This document shows positions 11,831 through 21,526 of a DNA stretch of 21,526 bases, one piece after another. Source of the DNA: Ginkgo biloba (taxonomy: Eukaryota; Plantae; Ginkgophyta). The notes beneath the pieces were generated by a model. The model saw only the letters and a program-made list of their open reading frames with translations. It was not told where the DNA came from and did no database searches. Numbering within the stretch: position 1 is the stretch's first letter; the number at the start of each line of letters is the position of its first letter. The stretch spans positions 178,300,557 through 178,322,082 of the forward strand of contig JANKJI020000004.1 of NCBI GenBank assembly GCA_024626585.2, written 5' to 3'. The translations under genes were made by a program, and so were the position numbers.

Positions 11831-12280
11831 GCAACAAAGGGGGAACTTTGTCCAATGTTTGGTATGTTTTTCTCGAAGCTCTTTACTACCTTGTGTTATT
11901 CCAAGGGGATTCTAGTTGAGGATTCATGCATTAACTTTTTTCTTTCTTTTTTCTGATTTTTATTTTACTCCTTTCTTTTGTTAGTAAAAGAAAGAGAAAA
12001 TAAAATGGGAATTGTAGTAAAGGGGGAGATTTATTTTATTTAAATTTTACTCCCTATGACTTTGGGAGTCTCTTTTTGGAGAAGCTAGTCTTTTATTCAT
12101 TACTTTATTCTTGACGTGATGAAATAAATAGTTTATTGGGGGGATGTGAAAAATATAAAGGGTGAATTACTTTTCTTTTGGTTTCATGCATTTTCTTGTT
12201 TCTCCCTTATCTCCTTTTTGTGAAAAATAAAGTGGAAAGAAAAAAGTCTATTTTTAAGTTATTTACTTTCTATGATCACA
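11831..12280 (+). repeat. Degenerate repeat region with multiple polypurine motifs (LTR-element 3' UTR-like)
   Basis: AAAGGGGGAA (11836), AAAGGGGGAG (12019) and AAAGGGTGAA (12157). Recurring TTCATGCATT, AAAATAAARTGG and TTTACTYYCTATGA blocks. Confidence 0.35.
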
Positions 12281-12340
12281 TATCATACACATCCTGACAT
12301 GAGGTGTCCGGTGCATCCCATAAAGATATCGCCAACCGAC

Positions 12341-12742
12341 TGTTGGGCATGAAGTCACTTTAAGTGGCAATGGTTGGTAGATAGTAAATTGATCCATGTC
12401 TATATATGGTGTTATAGGGATTTATCATACAAAGAATAGAATTGACTATATAAGTGGATAGAGAGTTGTAGTCCAATGTAAAAATGAGTGTAGACAATTA
12501 TAGAGTTTATTACCCCGTTATATTTAATTATAAAATTCTTTTGTAACATTTTAAAGGTCATTCCTTCATCCTCCTACCATGTGGGTACATAATTACGTAT
12601 CAAATCCTAAGCTTAGTTTTGAAGAGTGATATCATTTAATTCCTCTATTTATTTTTTTTTATCTTATTAGTTTCTGTGTACGACCGTCCCAACAAGCCGT
12701 TTCCCCCCAACAGCCACTAAGAAGTGGCACTGTGCTTCCGTG
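12341..12742. mobile_element. LTR-like remnant
   Basis: TGTTGGG at 12341 with CCCAACA at 12688-12694 and 12706-12712. Repeated (G)YCACT..AAGTGGCA motif near both ends and TATA-like TCTATATA. No target-site duplication found. Confidence 0.3.
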
Positions 12743-13597
12743 NNNNNNNNNNNNNNNNNNNNNNNNNNNNNNNNNNNNNNNNNNNNNNNNNNNNNNNNNN
12801 NNNNNNNNNNNNNNNNNNNNNNNNNNNNNNNNNNNNNNNNNNTTAGACTAGGAGATGAACTAGGTTGATCTTAGAGGAAAGTACATCTTGAAGGAATACC
12901 CCAACCCACCTTAACAACCCATTCCATTGACTGCTAGTGATGGAGGAATCTGTGATGTACAAGAAGTTGTGGCAAGGGAGGCCTTATAGGTCCAAAGTGG
13001 AATCCTTTCTAGCACTCAATAATGGGTCCTTATAGTCATGGAAGAACCAGAGAGACAAAATACTATGAATATGGTGGCTCCCACTAGGAGTGAAAATGTC
13101 CTAGAGCCTTCCACCAAAAGAGTTAAGGCATAATCCCTAGAATCCCCAATATAATAAGATGGCTCAAGAAATGACCCCAGGTCCTATCATATCAAAAATC
13201 TCTTGTAGTAGAAGCATTTCATGATGGTCTCATCCCTACATAGGACTCAGGTGAANNNNNNNNNNNNNNNNNNNNNNNNNNNNNNNNNNNNNNNNCTAGA
13301 TGTCCCTCCTAGCTTTCCAATACCCTTGGTGGCATCATAGGTTGCTTCAAGATCACTTCCTAGTGAGAGTGATGACATGGAATACATCAAAATCTTAAAT
13401 TCACCCTCTCATCTAGAGTCAGACGCATCACTCGACACTCCAAGAAGAAAGCGTACTAAAAGGAAAATGTTCCCCTCACTTGGTGGGCCCACCCGAATCT
13501 TGCAAAAATAATCTTTCCCTCCTTGACTCCTAAGTTTCTTCAAGCACTCAAAACTAATCAACATGATGATCACTTGTCACTTGATGCAAGAAACGGT

Positions 13598-13886
13598 TGT
13601 TGGTAGTTACCTCCGCTTTTCTAAAGGCCAGTTATAAAAGAAAAGGGAATTTAGTAGGAGGGGGTTCTGAAGTTTTGGAAACTGGCGGGTGGTTGAAGGT
13701 AAAAGGACTTTTCTTTGGAAGGGCTTTTTACTTGTTACTGAGTTATAAGCCCTGGCCCTGCCAACATATTAATTTCAGTAATAATCCTTTGTTCTTTATT
13801 TATTACCTTTGGTTACCATTCTAGTTCTCCTTCTATTTTTCTCTTCACTCCCTGGCATTGAGCTAGACCCCCCCATTTTCACAACA
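13598..13886 (+). mobile_element. Possible short LTR remnant
   Basis: TGTTG...CAACA termini with an internal TATAAAAG near 13633. No TSD, PBS or clear PPT. Confidence 0.25.
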
Positions 13887-14599
13887 CATTCTTGTATTTT
13901 GTGTATATAACATTTTATTTCAATTACATTTAGTTATTTGTTTTCAATAAGGGAATCACCCCTATTCAAGTCGGAGGGTTAACCGACCCCTTATTGTTGC
14001 CTTGTTTTGACACTATCACTCTAAGTTGTACCAGTTTTTCCTTATCCATCCTTCTTACTCTAAGTGTCAAAAATAGCCATCAACAAACTCCAATGAGGTT
14101 GAGACCCTAATTTAAAACGTGTTAAGGAGTAGATATTAATATTAGAGACTTTATAGGCATTTAATATTGACTTAGGTGTTCCTATCCCTTATGACATCTT
14201 CAAATATAATCATAAGTGTCACATAACCCTGTGAGCTAGTAGTATCGCATCCTAATAATTTTTTGGATGGCAGATTAACCATCAAAGTGATCTCCAAAAA
14301 TGCTCTTATGATATTTTTTTTAAACTATTTGAACTTCTATGGGGTGAAGGTTTCATAAGAGTATTCCATCAAAAGAGAACTTATATAGAATATTTCTCAA
14401 TATTAGATACATATTGGATGTTTCTTAGGTCTTTATATGTTATTTATTTGAATATACTTGGGTTTCTAAATATGTGATAATATCTTTATGCCACTCATGC
14501 TCAGAGATTGAATTATGATCTACATAAAAAATATGTTCATTAGGAATGTTATCATTGACTAATTACTTATACTTATGAGGTAAATGTGACTCAACAAAC

Positions 14600-15245
14600 T
14601 ATTTTATCCATTCCCTTCTTAAGTTCTTATTCAATAATATTTGACTTAATTTTTTTGTAGAAGGATGGCCCATCCCCTCATCCAAATAGTATAATTATTT
14701 TTGAATAAGAGGTAATGTAATGGATTAAATTAGCTTATTACGTCAATGTGAGTGATAAGAAGATATTTTATAATGTTCCTAATTGTAAATAGTAAGATAA
14801 TACAAAGTTTCTTTATAGATGATCACTTGATCCCATAACTAATTAGGGTATGGATGATAAAGTAAATGGCCCTTTCTTTTACTTTAGTGTCTTCTTGAGT
14901 GAGCACACCCCCAAGAAAGTAATTAATGGCTATCATGTAAAGGATAAATGGATTATCAAAATAGGATGTCATAAGGAAAGGATAAGATACTAATGCTTAG
15001 CTCATATAATTGAATGATTTCTAAGTTTCTAATGTCCATTTAAAGGAATGTCCTTTCTTAGGAGATTTATAAGTGCCTTAGCCTTCAATGTGAAATCAAC
15101 TAAGAATCTCTTGAGATAACCCACTTTGTCAAGGAAAGATTTGATTCCATTTTAAGTATGTATTTTAAGGTCAATGTTGGTTTTATTAACATCAAATTTA
15201 ATGCATCAAATATATATAATATGCCCCTAGGAGATTAGCATAAGT
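14600..15245 (-). pseudogene. pol: Ty3/gypsy (Tat/Ogre-like) pol remnant: RT thumb/connection and RNase H-like domain
   Basis: Minus-strand translation GIKSFLDKVGYLKRFLVDFTLKAKALINLLRKDIP / KWT...PFILY...LGGVLTQED...ERAIYFI...KLC...YLL...NPLHYLL...RGWAILLQ follows the typical gypsy RT_RNaseH motif order. Several stops. Confidence 0.9.
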
Positions 15246-16097
15246 GATCTATTTATGGATCATAGAGTAGTTTCCATCAGTTGTAGAATAATCAATTTTN
15301 NNNNNNNNNNNNNNNNNNNNNNNNNNNNNNNNNNNNNNNNNNNNNNNNNNNNNNNNNNNNNNNNNNNNNNNNNNNNNNNNNNNNNNNNNNNNNNNNNNNT
15401 TATAAATAGTAAATCATTCTTTGTATGCCATTTAGTCCTTCCTAAAACCAACTTTTTACGGTGTTATTTCGTTATCTTATTCTAAAAAGTTTAGAATTGA
15501 ATTTCTAAAACACAATGAAGTATAAAATCCTCGTCCTTTTCCCTATGTAAAGAATATTAAGCCACTTAGAATAAGTTAATAAAATTATTTTGAACCATAT
15601 TGGATATATATTACATGACATGATTTGCCTAGTCAAACTGAAATCTATAATATGCCTAGGAGAAGAAAATGATAATTGTAGAATTTTAGAGTGAAATATT
15701 ACTCCTTTATAGTGTTCCACAATGGGTGCTAAGAGTATGGTGAGAAGAGAAATTATGATTTTCCCTCTTAATATGATTTGGGTCAAATATGACGAAAAAG
15801 GATAAGTATTAACTTCAATCTTCATATTGGAAAGAATATAATAATTTCAAAGAAGACATAATATGGGCCTAAAAAAAATTAGCTTTATTTGATGATTGTG
15901 TTTAAGACCAAAAATTTGTATGGTTCCCTTTTAGGGTCCTAAGGACAACACCCCTTTTAGGGTTCTAAAGGTAGTGCCCTTGGCGAGCATCTCAATCCTA
16001 CTACTTGTGATTAACTATAAGACTTATGAGTATTTTAAAACCTTAAAGTTCTATGATTTTGGCTAATAAAAGTGCTAGTCAAAATAATCCACTCAAA

Positions 16098-16435
16098 TCA
16101 TGAGAAAATGCCAAGTTGTAAGAAATTGCCAAAATTTAAAAAGTGGATGAAAGTTCGTGACTAGGAAAAATGTTGTACCCTTTTTTACGAGAAAAAGAAA
16201 AATCACAAGAAAGTATATATTTTCTCAAAGTCGACAAAAGTTCATGGCCAAGCAAAAATTCATTCCCTTTATTGCAAAAAAAAGCACATCGTAAGAAAAT
16301 ACCAAATTCATGAGAAAGTGTAGATTTTTTTAAAGTCGATAAATGTTCAATATCGGGAAAAAAATCGTGCCCTTAGTTGCAATAAAATAAAAGATCATGA
16401 GAAAATACAAATTTATAAAAAGTTGGTAAATTGAC
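16098..16435 (+). repeat. Degenerate tandem array, ~87-105 bp unit, ~3.5 copies
   Basis: The anchor AAAGT(C/G)GA....GTTC recurs at about 16139, 16227 and 16332, and partially at about 16418. Each is followed by AAAAA..TxCCCTT..and TCAYRAGAAA blocks. Confidence 0.7.
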
Positions 16436-17386
16436 GCGCCTAGGCCAAAAGGATCCATGACTATAACAGGAAAATTCTGGCACCATGTTACCTCTTTAGG
16501 AATTTGAAATGAATAGTTATGGTAATTGATTCAATAGTTCTCTAAAGGAAAATAAACATTATTTAGATCTTAATAGAGGAGAATCTTCTTTAGAGATAGA
16601 CTTAAAAGATTGAGATTTTCAAAATGAAAGGGTCCTTTCTTAGCAAGTGCAAGATTGCAATTTCACCAAGAATTAGCTTGTGATTCCTCATTAGTGTAGT
16701 AAGTAGTATCCTATGATTATACAAGGAAGTATCTTGCTAATTCTTCAATTATTAGCATGTGACTCCATATACAAATGTAATTCAATCCTCATATGAGGTA
16801 GTGGTTTTATGCGCTCTTATTTTAGTCTCATTGAAGAGATAAGTAGGTCTATAATTAGTGGATTATGATTCCATGTCTTAATTTTNNNNNNNNNNNNNNN
16901 NNNNNNNNNNNNNNNNNNNNNNNNNNNNNNNNNNNNNNNNNNNNNNNNNNNNNNNNNNNNNNNNNNNNNNNNNCTATACACATTCCCAAGTCTTAGATCA
17001 AAACCTAATAATATTTTGATCTTGATCAAAGGACATTGCAAGTGAACCTTACAGGGAATGGGGATGGTTAATTCTTGTAATCTTTTTATATTAACATGAT
17101 CATGTTTTGTATTTATATTTATGAAGTTAAATGCATATGTAGCTTATGAGATGGAAATAAAATTCTCTTTCTCCTTTTTTTAACCATATTAAAGACTAGA
17201 GCATAGAAAGAAAGAGGAACTTAATTTCAATCCCATTTAACATGCATTATGAATTACTAATTTAATAAAAAAAAAAAAATTGAATGTAAATTCTAGACAT
17301 GAGTTTAATGCAAGAATATATAAGAAAGAAAATAATTCTATATCTCTTCTAACTAGGATGGAAGACTAGTGTATACAGGAGAATAG

Positions 17387-17720
17387 TGTTAGAATATATT
17401 AATGTTTACATGTTGTAATCGAGGTCATAACCTAATGTTGTGATTCCTAAGGATTAATTAAGGGTCAATGTGTTATAAGGGTAAGTCATACTTAGGTTAG
17501 TCCCTAGGTTGGCATATGTTGGGATTTACTAGACAAGTGTTGTGTCTAAAAATGATCATTACAAGTTGTACAATGTATTTATATTTGTTGAGGCTATGTG
17601 CATATTATGAAAAGACATGTAGAGTTAATGAAATTGAAGGTAGACCAATTCTACCAAATATTTGGTGTTTTATGTTAGTATTTTGGGATATTAGAATAAT
17701 TTTGATATCTTGTTTCTACA
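17387..17720 (+). mobile_element. Putative 5' LTR of a decayed LTR retrotransposon
   Basis: Ends in TTTCTACA directly before a PBS. Candidate start TGTTAGAA at 17387 is an imperfect inverted repeat of the end; an alternative start is TGTTGGG at 17517. TATAAG near 17474. Confidence 0.5.
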
Positions 17721-17722
17721 TT

Positions 17723-17734
17723 TGATATCAGAGC
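17723..17734 (+). promoter_or_regulatory. Primer-binding site complementary to tRNA-iMet 3' end
   Basis: TGATATCAGAGC matches the canonical TGGTATCAGAGC at 11/12 and lies two bases after a CA LTR end. Confidence 0.75.
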
Positions 17735-18916
17735 TAAGGGATATCCTTAGCCTAAACTGTGTGAGGTTTGTTAATCAAGAAAATCTATGAGTGATTATTT
17801 TTTTGGGGATTGTTTGTGAATATTTTTCATGGTTTCTAGTATTTGAAGGATTTATTATAATTATTTTGAACTATGAGAGGTTTTTAAGATCAAATTTTAA
17901 ATCCTGAAGGAGTTTTTTATAGCTCATAAAGAACGTGATAGGAGTGTGTTTGTGGCTAGTTTATGAATCTAGTGCAAACTGTAGAAACTATGAGCAGTTA
18001 TATGGAATAATAAAAATTAAAAAATATAATATTCTATTTACAAATATGAATGCAAGTCTATGAGGTTGTGAAGTATAGGGAACCAACTATGAGAGAACAT
18101 ATGATGTTATGAGGCATGTTTTCTCTATGGAGAATGGAGAAGACCATCGTCGTAGGACTATGAGAAAAAAAGGTAAGACGCCTTGGGTTATTGAAGGACC
18201 ATAAGGTTAGTGAATAACTGTGAGTCTTATGAAAGTCACTAGATTTATCTGAGAGGAAACACTACACCAACAATTATTACAAGTGAGGGTCACAAGTTGC
18301 CCATGAGGTCTTCAACTTAGAGGAGGACATAATAAGTGTTACAAGTTGGTGATATTGTGGGGTCATCAATGAGTTATATTATTGTCAAGGGAAGATAAAA
18401 ATTCTATGAGAAGGTGATGTTGAATTTGAAGGGATATGAAATTAGGGTATAGTTGGAAGACAACATTTGCTACAAGTAGATTTTTGATCTAGTTATGCAT
18501 CATTGCAACTATAACACCATTGTGGGAACACCAATGTTGAGGAAAATATCATGAGAGAGAAATTGGACACTATGGTAAAAGTTTCCAAGGGAGACACAAG
18601 GGTTGCAGGAAAAGATCATGGAGTTGAGGAGATCCCTATAGTAGGTGGAAGCAAATAATGGATCAATTCAGGTGCATAAAGAAATAGATTGAGGGCTTAA
18701 TCATGCATCATACCGTAGGCACTAAAAAATAATGAATTTTTTATTTTTTTCTAAAGTTTTTATTAAATTTAACTAAATTGAAGTTAATTTTGAAATCCAC
18801 ACCTTAAGATATTTAATCCCTCACTTGTAGTCACATGAAATAAAAATGGCTATACTACTTCTGCTATCCATATCTCTAGATGGGTACACATGTCATAAAA
18901 ACTATCCTAGTTAAGA

Positions 18917-18962
18917 GTTTCTCACTCCTTGTGTTGAATAGTATCTATCCAATGTATGCGGA
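18917..18962 (-). mobile_element. Second diverged copy of the copia LTR end/leader junction seen at 1414-1457
   Basis: Manual alignment gives 38/45 identical columns, including an exact 15-mer CCTTGTGTTGAATAG. Cut by a gap. Confidence 0.7.
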
Positions 18963-19062
18963 NNNNNNNNNNNNNNNNNNNNNNNNNNNNNNNNNNNNNN
19001 NNNNNNNNNNNNNNNNNNNNNNNNNNNNNNNNNNNNNNNNNNNNNNNNNNNNNNNNNNNNNN

Positions 19063-20174
19063 TGAATTCAACAACTTTATTCAATAATTGTATGATAGGT
19101 TAGACGATGCCAAAAAAATTGAGGATGAACCTCATGACAAAGTTGATATTTCCTAGGAAATATTGAACAACCTTCTTACTAGATGGTAGTGGTAATTGGA
19201 AAATTTCCCTAACTCTCTCTAGATTGATATATGTATCCTCTTTAGAGACAATATGCTTGAGTAATCTCCCTTGATTAAATCTAAAATTTCANNNNNNNNN
19301 NNNNNNNNNNNNNNNNNNNNNNNNNNNNNNNNNNNNNNNNNNNNNNNNNNNAGGTTCTTGATATGATATCTCATATTCTTAGAAAAGATTGTAAGATCAT
19401 CCAAATAGATGGGGATGATTTTTCTGACTAACTCATTGAATGCATAATCTATCACCCTTTGAAAGGTGGATCCTACATTAATTAATCCAAAAGGAATTCA
19501 TCTATAATCAAAATTTCCCCATAGGGTGGTGAACACGATCTTATGCCTATCTTATTTGGTGACCAAACCTAATTATATCCTAATAATCCATCTAACATGG
19601 ACATCATCTTAAATATAGTTTCCATCTACATTAATTTTCCCATCCTTAACAAAGGATAACTATCTTTTAGTGAAACTTTATTCAAATTTTAAAAATTCAC
19701 ACAATGGAATATCTCTCCATTATTCTTCCTTACCAATACTAAATTAGCTACCCAGGTTGAGTATTGTATGGGAAAGATAATGCCCATAGTCAATAAGTGT
19801 TACAACTCTTTTCAAATTGTATCTTCCATCTTGGAGATGAATTATCTCTTCTTCTTCCTGAAAGGCTTCACTCTAGGATTCAATGAGATGTTGTGCTAGA
19901 TCGCCTTAGGACTAAAAAGTTTGATATCTTCATAATACCAAGAAAAGACATCCTCAAATTCTTTACACAAAGATATTAGCTATGATATTTAATGTTCAAT
20001 GTGGAGTTAACCAATAGGAATGATCTTCATCTTGTCCTCAAAGCCAATGTTGATTTCAATAATATGGTGCACAACACTCTTACATTACTCTCTTGACTTT
20101 AAGCCTAAACAAGGTATATCATCTAGATTGAATAGAGATTTCAAAATCACCAATCGTTTTAGCATCTTGTTGTT
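19063..20174 (-). pseudogene. pol: Ty3/gypsy (Tat/Ogre-like) pol remnant: reverse transcriptase
   Basis: EFEDVFSWYYEDIK, KPFRKK, IIFPIQYSTWVANLVLVRKNNGEI..CVNF*NLNKVSLKDSYPL, LDGLLGYN, FTTLWG, PFGLINVGSTFQR, YLDD (19407-19396), LLKHIVS and FLGNINFV. Multiple stops and frameshifts. Confidence 0.95.
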
Positions 20175-20604
20175 NNNNNNNNNNNNNNNNNNNNNNNNNN
20201 NNNNNNNNNNNNNNNNNNNNNNNNNNNNNNNNNNNNNNNNNNNNNNNNNNNNNNNNNNNNNNNNNNNNNNNNNNAGATTTTCCAATCCATTTCTATAGAC
20301 AAAAAATTTGATTTCACTTAGCTTCTTTAGTCCCCCTTCCAATTTTGGCCCTTGGTAGCCCATGTGACTTGTTGCAAACCCTTTTCACAAACTTCTTTGA
20401 AAAATAAACTTACATAGTTTCAAAGTCTTAACCTCCTATGTCCAAAATCAAAATGTTTAGCCAACTCTACTACCTCTTACTTTCAAATATAAGTTGACAA
20501 AAAAATCTATTTAAATTCTTATTAATTGATATGTCACTTTTTTTCAAAAATAAAAATGGTCACCTCTAAAGCCACGACAAGGGCGGATTTGAAAAAATCT
20601 TCGA

Positions 20605-20796
20605 ATCGATTTTAATTAAATTAAAACCTTATGAAAAGATAATTTTTCTTTCTCATTCTTGTGTGACCTACTACATTTCCTATCTCCAACATTTTCTATC
20701 GATTTTAATTAAATTAAAACCTTACGAAAAGATAATTTTTCTTTCTCATTCTTGTGTGACCTACTACATTCTTGTGTGACCTACTACATTTCCTAT
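20605..20796 (+). repeat. Near-perfect 93-bp-period tandem duplication with nested 20-bp duplication
   Basis: 20605-20683 is repeated from 20698 with a single T/C difference (20632 vs 20725). The second copy carries CTTGTGTGACCTACTACATT twice (20751-20770, 20771-20790). Confidence 0.95.
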
Positions 20797-21526
20797 GGTT
20801 TTATTTCTATTTTTGATCCAATGTTTTAATTCATCGATCCGTCGCCATGCCTGTGGGGTTCACACCAACTACCTGCAATCATCAAATTGAGTTGCTTCAC
20901 ATCTTCTTTCCACGGCCTTGGCCACTATTCATCTAACATTTATTTTTTATCAACCCAAGCCCAAAATTTTGGTCCATCATCCCAAATTGGTCGTGGTTTC
21001 TTTTAGGGTTTCCACACTATTTGTTGCCCAAGCATTCACTCATCGCCCACAGAAATAATACTTTGAAAACTCTCCACATAGTCATCTAGGTAGGTGCATT
21101 ATTACTACAAGTCACCTTCTTCACCACAATCCACAATTTTACAAATCGCTCTTCACACCTACCTGCAAATAGAATGACCATGGACCATGAATTTTCAACA
21201 ACAACTTGATCACATAAGCCTACAAACCCCTCCCACTTCCTTGATTATTGATTTTAATAAAAATGAACGACCATATGTATTATCTCTTCTCTATATTCTT
21301 ATCCTCCATGGTCATCACTTCAACAAAAATGAACAGTCATTTACATTCGCATAGCCCTAAGGGACATGGTTCATTCCAACATACATCAACCATTATTTGT
21401 TCAACTCACAATCCTCTCAAGAACATTCCTCCTTCGTCATTCTTTACACAGCTATCATCTTCACACAACTATATCGCCATACTCACAGTTCTTCAAAATT
21501 TTTCTCGGATAACATGTTAAAATCAT

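Noticed and set aside
15505-15825. 106-aa minus-strand ORF, the longest ungapped ORF
   Set aside because: No recognisable motif; Ile/Leu/Phe-rich composition is what AT-rich non-coding DNA gives by chance.
16098-16435. CRISPR-like periodicity
   Set aside because: Whole units are degenerate copies with no conserved repeat/unique spacer structure; the context is eukaryotic and has no cas genes.
1057-20363. ORF-track entries containing X runs (e.g. 1057-1284, 7514-7810, 8696-9028, 20085-20363)
   Set aside because: They are open only because they cross N gaps, most of which join unrelated contigs.
20839-20872. Helitron 3'-end-like GC-rich motif CCGTCGCCATGCCTGTGGGG...CTAC
   Set aside because: The hairpin is imperfect and the terminus is CTAC rather than CTRR.
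21248-21520. 90-aa plus-strand ORF
   Set aside because: No domain motif and a non-ATG start; lies in low-complexity C/A-rich repeat-like DNA.

Overview
AT-rich, CpG-depleted eukaryotic DNA, most likely from a large-genome land plant (gymnosperm- or fern-like; inferred from the retroelement lineages). I find no intact host gene, RNA gene or prokaryotic feature. The window is a patchwork of short (about 1.0-3.6 kb) pieces separated by eleven exactly-100-N spacers, plus seven sized gaps, so adjacency across the 100-N spacers is probably not biological. Recognisable content is transposon debris: (1) the 5' end of an apparently young Ty1/copia element on the minus strand (putative LTR 1428-1913, gag start 1327); (2) a decayed L1-type LINE ORF2 (4087-5319); (3) a decayed Ty3/gypsy gag (11220-11635); (4) two separate decayed Tat/Ogre-type gypsy pol fragments (14600-15245 and 19063-20174); (5) several LTR remnants with degenerate tRNA-iMet primer-binding sites; (6) tandem duplications. 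The most interesting signal is the copia 5' end. It lacks a canonical PBS and instead has a CAAGG(G/A)GTG motif right after the LTR, which is conserved in a second diverged copy at about 18917-18962. This suggests non-canonical priming but is a hypothesis only. Most ORFs in the supplied track are spurious or span gaps.
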